From positions 148,800,001 through 148,864,000 of the forward strand of contig NC_042999.1 of assembly GCF_006345805.1 (NCBI RefSeq): a stretch of 64,000 bases of DNA, given 5' to 3'. The translations under genes were made by a program, and so were the position numbers. The notes beneath the pieces were generated by a model. The model saw nothing but the letters and a program-made list of their open reading frames with translations, was not told the DNA's origin and did no database searches. Positions 54,500 through 64,000 of this stretch are shown here, one piece after another. The DNA is from Octopus sinensis (Eukaryota). Each line of letters starts with the position of its first letter. Position 1 is the stretch's first letter.

Positions 54500-54700
54500 T
54501 CAAGTGCCAATGGTTCCAGCAATGCCATCACGCTTCAGGACCAGTTACTGCAACAGCCTAGGTTTCAAGGGCCCACAGCTTTTTAATATTCTCCCAAAGA
54601 GTCTGAGGAACTTGCACAAAATAGAAAACAGTGGTACTTGGTGTATCCACCCTGCAAGCCTTTCCCAAGAGCAACAACCTCTAAGTCACCACAGAGCTGC
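54500..54700 (+). pseudogene. CR1/L2-type LINE ORF2 extreme C-terminus
   Basis: RTSYCNSLGFKGPQLFNILPKSLRNL matches the CR1-group terminal motif S..F.GP.LFN.LP..LRN. Confidence 0.7.
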
Positions 54701-55479
54701 CATTGTTGTTCGTAATATCTCTAGTGGATCTTGCATGCATGAAGTGGATTCGATCCACCATAGCCAAATTTAAATTAACACTGCAACAGAACTTTTCCCA
54801 CGATGGAACAATGGTTTTTCTCTGACATCAGTTTTACATTTTCCAGATGTCTTTAGCTAGGCCGAAATAATGTCTTCACTACTTGACCCTTTCTAATCCC
54901 TTCTACTTCACCAAAAGCTAGAATAGAGATAACAAGACCACCAACTAAATCTATTGTTCTCAATGATATATCTATCCTTTTGGATAGTTATATAAGCAAG
55001 CATACCCCAAGCAAAAATCAGTTAGTCACCAGTCGGTGACAACTCAATCCAGATAGACTTTGGTGATAACTCGTGAGTTAAGAGAGAGCTAACATCAGTT
55101 AGTGAACCGACCACTAGAATCATGGAAGCTGACAGACAAAATCGCCAGTGGGAAAAAGAAAGACAACGTCCCACACTCTCTCACTCTCACAAGCTCTAAT
55201 TCTGTTCTCTTACAACATCATTCTATCTCTCTCTATAATTACCACTAAACAATGAAGAGAACACAAACTTTACTTTGCATGCTTTTGGATTGATCATAAC
55301 CTGCCCGTAGAGGCAAGGTATTGTAACGTAATGGTAAATAAATACTTTCTTAAAACTTTATGCATTATTCATCTTTCACATCTTACAACATGCAATAATA
55401 ACTAATTCTTATCGTCACAACTGCTGACTTCAACCAATAATGATAATGTTTACCAATCAAATTTCTACCCGTTACATAT

Positions 55480-55870
55480 CTTTGGCAGAGCTGATAGCTA
55501 TCAGTGAATTGGAATGTTTGGATATTCAATAGACTCCTTTTTCTTCTTTGACAACCCCTTTTGTACTGGGGTTACCATGCAGAAGTAACAATTGTTGGTA
55601 TGGTATGTTGGTTCCTGCCATGTCATTGGCACAGCAAAAGGCATTTCTTTCCTCTTCTTGCGTTCAACCATTGGCAAAAGTTAGCAGCAGAAGTGTTGCA
55701 GTACATGTGAGGAGCCAAGTTCTTATCCTGGTTATCATCTTACATCCAAAATATAGGTGATATGCCTTTCTAACCATAGCAGTTATACGACGCTTCTGTG
55801 ATGCATAGGTCACCCTACCACAAATGTAGCAGAAGTTGTCTGCCTTATTCACACATGTATGAGGCATCGG
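55480..55870 (-). pseudogene. N-terminal Cys-rich region of an invertebrate DNA transposase (superfamily not assigned)
   Basis: CVNKADNFCYICGRVT..QKRRIT.MVRKAYHLYFGCK / DNQDKNLAPH / EMPFAVPMTWQEPTYH.NNCYFC....GLSKKKK.SIEYPN. I recognise this CYICG-QDK.WAPH-VPM.W.EP..H..CYFC signature from transposase families. It is frameshifted; the element may extend to about 56321. Confidence 0.75.
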
Positions 55871-56615
55871 AAAGGAGAAAACAACAAACAATTAGAAGAT
55901 AAACAAAAAATTTATTCATAAATTTATCACTATCATACAGAGCATGACAGCTTAGGAAAATTATTTATATTATTCAGAAGGAAAATGAAATTAATATAAG
56001 ATGTCTCACATGCATATCAAAAGATTGCTCGATGAATATTTATTATAAGTTTTAAAGAGTGTTCGACTAGGAAAATCACCTACCTATCACTCAAAATGTA
56101 AACTTGCACCGCACAACCACCTTCTATTACTGCTGTAACAATACTGAATGGTAGTGAGACTGTGAGTGTGGTAAGTATGTTGGGACATGTTGTAACACAT
56201 AAGTCTATCTCAAAGAGCAGAGCTAACAAACGAATTTAACCATGATATTCATTATCAGTGACCTAAAATTAATTGGAAATTTCTACTCTGGTCTCAGAAG
56301 CATTTTTGTTGCTCACCAGTGTTATTGATACAAAAGAGAATCTATAATTTAGATATAGAAGCTGAAGGTTTCAAAGCAGTAATCCATAGCTATACTCCTC
56401 TTTGATTTTTGAAGAAATATTCACACAAACAGGGTAGCTGACCTCTGTGAGAGTGCATACTTTTCTTGTCTGTCCCAAACATTGATAAGTGGCTTGTTAC
56501 GTTTGTACCTGAAGTTTTGTTTGTATAGGACTGTTTTGACAGGACTGTTTCATGAGTGTGAGGGGAGAAGCAGGTATTGTGCATAGGGAAAGTGAGAGAT
56601 GTATGGTATTGGAGA

Positions 56616-56842
56616 GGCGAGCTGGCAGAAACGTTAGCATGCCGGGCGAAATGGTTAGCGGTATTTTGTCTGCGTTACGTTGTGAGTTCAAATTCCGCCG
56701 AGGTCGACTTTGCCTTTCATCCTTTCGGGGTCGATAAATTAAGTACCAGTTACGCACTGGAGTCGATGTAATCGACTTAATACCTATGTCTGTCCTTGTT
56801 TGTCCCCTCTGTGTTTAGCCCCTTGTGGGTAATAAAGAAATA
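56616..56842 (+). mobile_element. Young full-length SINE family B with TSD
   Basis: Complete head to AATAAAGAAATA tail. The 11-bp direct repeat GGTATTGGAGA lies at 56605-56615 and 56843-56853. Confidence 0.92.
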
Positions 56843-57179
56843 GGTATTGGAGAAGGGGAAATGGTTTGGTGGCACAGAAGCATGATCAATGTAAAATGTA
56901 GATGGTTGTAGAATGACAGTATTAAGAATGGAAGATAGATGTCAAGGGAAATTACATCAGAGAATGAGATAAATAAGTGGTCTCAGACAGAAAGTTGATG
57001 AAATATGCAGTTCTAATGACATTTAATTATAGTAGTAGAATATTATAGAGAGGTACGGACAGGAGGCTCAGTAATAGAGAGAGATGATGGCTGACGGGAA
57101 TGGTTTGAAGAGGCAATTGGGCAAGGGGCCTAGTTATGCATATATATCATCATCCTCATCATCATCATCATCATGTATG

Positions 57180-57210
<31 letters not shown>

Positions 57211-57391
57211 CATCATCATCATATATATATATATATATATATATAAGATAGTGTACATTTAAACACAAGAGAAAACTACCTTTAACAGGTAATTTTTACA
57301 CGCTAGAAGAAGCAGTCAAAATGACCAAAACTACATTTAAGAGCAATTTTCAAAGGGAATGAAAAGTAAAAACTTTTACCTTGTTATTTTT

Positions 57392-57473
57392 TTATGGTTA
57401 TACCTAGGTTTCAGATTTCTTTAGCAAATAAAATAATTTGCTAGGCGAATCCTCATCAGTAACTGTACCATAA
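57392..57473 (-). ncRNA. Type I hammerhead ribozyme motif with extended stems (complete), within a small element at about 57246-57480
   Basis: UUAUG-GUACA-GUUA-CUGAUGA-GGAUU-CGCC-UAGCAAAU-UAUUUU-AUUUGCUA-AAGA-AAUCU-GAA-ACCUAGGU-A-UAAC-CAUAA. It has a bulged stem I, a two-part stem II, palindromic stem III ACCUAGGU and triplet GUA. Confidence 0.8.
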
Positions 57474-57834
57474 CATTAACATATAATATAGAGACAAATA
57501 TATTTACATATATATAAAGACAAATATATTTACGTATATATAAATATAAATATATATATATATAATACATGAGTCAAGGAAAAGATGCACTTGTATATCT
57601 TTCAATAGAGTGGCTATATTATCTGTAATATATAGTATTATATATCCATCATGGCTGAGAGAGAACAGTTGCCATATTCTCTTCCATATCAGCTAACTTT
57701 GATGAGCATAAGGTTATATAATCAAATTGTTACCTAACACTCCATTGTATTCCTTGTGTGAAACTGATTGGTAAGATCAGCCATGATGAATATACAATAC
57801 CATATATTTCAGATAATATATATATGTGTGTGTA

Positions 57835-57907
<73 letters not shown>

Positions 57908-58299
57908 TGACAGACAGACACATACATAAATACATACATTCAGATGTGTGTGTGCACATGCGTGTGTGTTGGTTGCACTTCCAGAAACTTTAGTTTTGCT
58001 GAGATGGGCATATTTTCTCAAGTACCACATACCACTGGTCATTCGGGTCCTTTGTCATCTCGTCTGAGAGGTTTACAGTCTTGAGACAAGCTTTCACTGC
58101 CTTATCTCACGTCTTCCTTAGTTTCCTGCTCTTACAAGCTCCATTCACCGAAAGTGACCACCACCTCTATATGAAGTTCTTATCCATATGCATTATATAC
58201 CTGTGTAATATTTTCCCTTGCACACTACATCTAATTACTTTATGCCAAATTTTTCTCTCAACACATTTGCACTTTGTCATTCATGTGTGTGAAAAAGCA

Positions 58300-58760
58300 T
58301 GTTGCAGCCTAATGGTTAGAGCATCAGGTTTACGATCATAGGGTTGTTGATTAATTCTCATGCAGGGTAGTATATTGATTCCTTGAAAAGACTTCTGGCA
58401 CCAACTGGAGAATAATCTTGCAATGAACTGGCACCCTCCTGTTCAGACTGTGTAGTAGCAGTTGTTCTTTCTCGAGCCACACCTGCCTCATAAGGGCCGG
58501 TTTTCCGGTTTCCTTGGCGTATAGGTTCCCCACCTGGACGGGATGCTGGTCCATCGCAGGTGTGCGGCAAGATGCATGAGGAAAGAGTGAGAGAAAGTTG
58601 AGGCGAAAGAGTTATCAGAAGTTGCCATTACCTTCTGCCGGAGCCGCTTAGAGCTTAGGTGTTTCACTCATAAACGCACACATCGCCTGGTCTGAAATTC
58701 AAACCTGCGATCCCTCGACTGCAAGTCCGCTGCTCTAACCACTAGGCCATGTGCCTCCAC
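58300..58760. mobile_element. SINE family C fragment (+, about 58300-58440) abutting a full copy (-, about 58455-58760)
   Basis: TAGCCTAATGGTTAGAGC-like head on the plus strand. The minus copy is highly similar to 29283-29565. Confidence 0.8.
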
Positions 58761-60023
58761 ATGTGTAGTGGCAGAGGTGGGAGTGACTCTTGGTTGCCTA
58801 ATATCTCTGAAAATCTGGGTAAGTCCTAGCTCTCATGAGCCCTTTAGTCTGAAGGCAGACTTTCTATATATGGTGTATCAGTGGTTTATATCTATAATTT
58901 TCCAGAGAGACATTGGTTCTTTTTGAGTAAACACCTTCTGAGATGGCACTGTAAATAACTGAATTATATACATATGCACATCATCTGACTTTATTTTCAT
59001 TCCATCTCAGAATGAAGAATGACAAAATCTACCTTAGAATGTTTTAATATTTGTGTGGTTGAGTGAAATGCCAAACTTATAATAAAAGGAAACATTATTC
59101 CGACTTGTTATTGGTTTGGCATTCTCCCCTTCTCTATTTTCATTAATATACTCCATGCTTCACTATAGATATGTATAATATATCACTGAAGCTAATTCAT
59201 CCTTCAGTCTTTTTGTTTTAATTTCCTGGTTTTCTGCTTATTTTTACCATGGAATATGTCATTCTAACACAGAAATGACAAAACTGCAATTTTTGCTTTG
59301 TTTTAAAATTTGATATCATTGTCAAAATTAATCACTTTTAGTTATTTTTTTTTATTTTATCCGTTTCCAAAAATGCTTGGCGTGGAAATTCAATAAAATC
59401 AGCCCCTTACAGCACGGAAATATGAAAAAGGAAAAATAAATAAATAAGTAAATAAACAAATAAATAAATAAATGAATAATAAAGGAGAAAAGGGTAATAA
59501 ATAAATAAAAAAACCAATCAATCAATGAAACAATTTTTGAAACATTAGATTTTTATGTCTGAGTGAATATTGGCCACAGATCTATTGATCAGATACCAGA
59601 AACCTACATTGGTAATATTAAGCCAATAATACTTGCAATATTACTTGATGAAAGGAATCAGAATGGTTGTTTATTCTCTGGAAGAGATATTATTTAAGAT
59701 ATTTACTTTATTATAGACTTTGGGTGTTAGTTACTATGGACGGGCAGAAATTTAATTAGCAGCTAGAAGGCTATTCCTTTTTTTTTTTTGTTGTCTTTTG
59801 TTTTTATTTTTCTTGTTTATTTGGCTTACTGACAAAACACTAAGACAATAATTTGGAGGCTGTTGTTGTTGTTGTTGTTACTGTTTTTGTTGTTGTTGCA
59901 GCTGCTCTTACAAGATAATATGTAGTTAGCTCTGAGTTTATCAACGGATAGAGAATAGATCCTTGATTTCAAACTCACCATTCTGTGTATTTGTGTGTGT
60001 GTGTGTGTGTGAGAGAGAGAGTG

Positions 60024-60063
<40 letters not shown>

Positions 60064-60494
60064 TGTGTGAGTGTGTGCGCATGTGCGTGTGTGCGCACGC
60101 ATGTGTGTGTGTGTGCGAGTGCATGTGGTATACTTGGTCAACTGCACATTTAATTCCACATGTCTCAGTTCATTCCATGTCAATAATGGGTCCCATATCT
60201 CTTGGGGAATGATATCACTCATCTGCTTAATGCCATTAAACCATATCTAGGAATTTCCCATTAAATATCTCATGGGACTTTGCAAATATTTACATTTATT
60301 TTTAGTAGTTACATAGCTAACTGCTCTGAATCCAAGGCTTACAATGACTGACTTAACTGTATCCAAGCTTCATAACTTCTGTATAATTTAGTCTTCAAAT
60401 GTTATACTTTAATTAGACCTTGATAAAGTTGCTTTATTATGTATAACTGATAACCAAAGTTAAAGGTTAATGAAGTTAATAAAGAAAAAATATT

Positions 60495-60710
60495 GGTTTC
60501 AAATTTTGGCATTGGACCAGCAATTTGGGAGAATGGGGTTAAGTTGATTAAATCAACCCCAGGACTCAACTGATACTTACTTCATCAACCCCGAAAGGAT
60601 GAAAGTTCAAGTTAACCTTGGCAGAATTTGAACTCAGGACGTAATGATGGATGAAATTCCATTAAGCATTTTGTCCAATGTCCTAATGCTTCTGCCAGTT
60701 CACTTCCTTA
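60495..60710 (-). mobile_element. Diverged SINE family B copy
   Basis: CCCCGAAAGGATGAAAGTTCAAGTTAACCTTGGCAGAATTTGAACTCAGG. Confidence 0.75.
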
Positions 60711-60993
60711 AAGAGGGAAAAATATTAGCCTCTCTGTTCTTAGATTATGAATCCATTTACTGACAGTCATCATCATCATCATCATCATCATCATTGTTGT
60801 CATTTAACGTCCATGCAGCATGGACTTCTGTCAGTGAACAGATCATGGTTTCAAAGCAATGAAAATATTTTGACAAGTTAAATTTAAATGTTGAAGAGAA
60901 TCTAACGGTTTTTGTGTGTTTTTAAATGATTTATAAACATCTTCCACATGGCAATTGTTTATATATATTTATATACATATATTTACATATATC

Positions 60994-61279
60994 TTAAATA
61001 AAATGTGACAACAAATCCAAGGCAAAGTGAAATTTCTAGGGCATTTATAAAGAGAAAGCTAGTCATACAACTCTTTCAGAAATATAAAAGATATCCCATC
61101 ATCAGAGATGATATGAGGGTTAACTAGGGGGAAATAGTAGAGTTTCTTCTAGTTAACTCTCTCATATCGTCTCTGATGTTATCTTTTATATCCCTGAAAC
61201 AGCTGTAAGACTACCTTTCTCTTTATAAATATCCTAGAAATTTCACACTACTTTGGTTTTGTTGTCTCATTTTATTTAA
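60994..61279. mobile_element. Imperfect foldback element with an HHR relic in each arm
   Basis: Inverted arms centred near 61136. The minus arm (61062-61109) keeps CUGAUGA and GAAA. The plus arm (61169-61211) keeps GUCU/AGAC stem I and ACAGCUGU-A but has a deletion after CUGAUG. Confidence 0.7.
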
Positions 61280-61434
61280 AATATACACACTCACACACTA
61301 CCCATTTACACTCCTCACTGATACTATTATTGAACCAGGAGTCTAACAGTGGTCCTTCTATAGCACTTACATAGCCTTACCTGCCTTTTGGGTCTCCTAG
61401 ATACCAAAACCTCTCGTATATTTACATACATATC

Positions 61435-61931
<497 letters not shown>

Positions 61932-61932
61932 C

Positions 61933-61997
<65 letters not shown>

Positions 61998-62020
61998 TTG
62001 GAGATGATACACAGGTATTA

Positions 62021-62427
62021 TATATTAGAAGAAATGAGGTACTCAGAAATCTGGATGGTTTTATATTTACAGATATTTATTAATATGTCACATGTTTTTA
62101 TAAATCGTATATTAGCACTTGCGTCCACTCTAGTAGGGGTGGAGAGAGAGATATAAGATAGTACAAGAGTGTGAGAAATGGGGAGAAAGTGAGACATACA
62201 CTCTTTATCACTTTCTCCCCATTCCTCACCCTCTTGTACTATCTTATATCTCTCTCCACCCCTACACTCAATAATACTATAAAATGAGACAAAATTCCTG
62301 AAAAAGTTCAATCTGACAACTCCACTAGAGTGGACGCAAGCGCTAATATATGATTTATAAAAACATGTGACATATTAATAAATATCTGTAAATATAAAAC
62401 CATCCAGATTTCTGAGTACCTCATTTC

Positions 62428-62437
<10 letters not shown>
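62021..62437. mobile_element. Nested foldback element between (TA)n tracts
   Basis: Outer arms 62021-62134 and 62324-62437 (near perfect), inner arms 62133-62192 and 62208-62265, and an unpaired segment at 62266-62323. Confidence 0.8.
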
Positions 62438-62471
<34 letters not shown>

Positions 62472-63865
62472 CTGTAAATTAATATGTGACAATTATTCGG
62501 TAGCCGTGATAAAACTCCGAGTTTTGGATGTTTGTGTGGAAACCCATGCTGGCATCTCTTCAGTTATCAGGCCATCAAAAAAATGCAATGAAAATGACCG
62601 TTGAACATAGGGAAATTACTGTGTGATTGACCGTTATTAAGACAAAAGAGCTATTAGAATGACCGCTAAGTAAGGGAAGAGAGTAAAGGTAAGAGAGTAA
62701 AAATGTTCATAGTAATCGCATAAGCACATGTATCCATACATACACACATGCACCCGCACACCCACATACATGTGCCTATATGTATATACTCATCCACCCT
62801 CACTTGAAACACACACAAGCTCACCCACATATTTGCCAAAAAATATATATACATACCTGCATACATGCTTGTGCACACACACATACGCACAAAAGTGGTT
62901 CATACACATATCTATATACGCATATGCACAAGAATAAACAGGGCTAAAGGCAAAATACAGAAAAATGTGTAAAAAAATGTAAAAAATAAGCAATAAGGGT
63001 AAAACACATCTATATATGCACATGCTCGCATGCACGCACACACACGTCTATATATGCACATACCTGCACACATGCACACATCCACACACATGCACAAAAA
63101 ATTCCATATACACATTTATATATGCATAGAAAAAATGCAGAGTGGAAGGTAGAATATAGAAAAATTATGTGTAAAAAATATATGAGCAATACAACTATGA
63201 AACAATAACTCTATAAATATGTAAAAAAATATATAAAAAATATTTAAGAAATATAAGTGAAAAGTATAGAGAGATAAAAAGCCTGTACGTGAACACAATA
63301 TAGAAAGCAAGTACTATCCGAAATCTCGGTGGGGACCAAAAATGTAACAATTATTTAGCCACATATGGACATGATCCAAAAAGTTCAGTTCTTGAATATA
63401 GACATGTGCTGCTTTTCCAGATGAGCCATCTTACACGCACACACACACACACTGATTGCAGCTTCTTGTCAGAAGACTGCCATCTCTTCATTGAGCCTGC
63501 ACAGTTATGTGCATGCAGGTGATTTTTCAGCTCAGCTTTCATTCTGCAGAAATGTTCAGATGTGACATTTATTTCTCTTTTCAGTACAAATGTACCAAGG
63601 TACATGTGGCAGTGAAACCATCTCATAAGCAGCTTGATTTTTCCTTGGCTCATGTCACTTTAGATAGCTGATAAACCTAGCTCTTGAGAGAGGAAATCCT
63701 CCATACACGTTGCACTTTGACTCCTGCTGGGTTTCCACAGGCAATGCAGTTTGGTTATGCATATAGCAAAAACACTTCAAAGCAACATGCTTCATTCATT
63801 TTTGCTTAAAGATACCACATCTGAGCTTGATAATCTTTTTCCATGATGTACTTTATATATATATC

Positions 63866-64000
63866 TCTCTCTATATAAATGGCAGTTTGTCTGTGCGTGT
63901 TTCTGTGTGTCTGTTTGCTTGTACCCTCACTCTGACCACGGCTTTCAACCAATTCTGATGAAACTTGACACACACATAGCCCAATGTCATAATTCAAAAC
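63866..64000 (+). mobile_element. 5' end of a non-autonomous Helitron-like element (runs off the window)
   Basis: TCTCTATATAAAT start after a TA run, followed by a (TG)-rich stretch and the AATTCTGATGAAACTTGAC motif, which also occurs near the 5' end of the 43706-45317 Helitron. Confidence 0.65.

Overview
AT-rich, repeat-dense eukaryotic DNA. The SINE, RTE-tail and (TA)n/(GATA)n landscape matches what I recall of octopus genomes (inference, no search run). I cannot support any host protein-coding gene, rRNA, intact tRNA or CRISPR array; almost all listed ORFs are translations of microsatellites or minisatellites. The window looks intergenic or intronic. It holds three tRNA-derived SINE families, RTE-tail elements, a 5'-truncated RTE LINE, CR1/L2-group LINE relics, a Tc1 DD34E transposase fragment, a second DNA-transposase relic, an internally deleted Helitron with both termini, and TTAA-flanked piggyBac-type MITEs. 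The most notable signal is at least five unrelated small elements beside (TA)n tracts that carry type I hammerhead ribozyme (HHR) architecture with palindromic stem III. Four motifs look complete (two at 39.1 kb, one each at 48.6 and 57.4 kb). Several elements are foldbacks, and one is fused to a tRNA-derived head. HHRs in Penelope-like elements are already known, so what may be new is the density, the foldback layout and the tRNA-head chimera. All folds were derived by eye, and ribozyme activity is untested. Many repeat boundaries are approximate.
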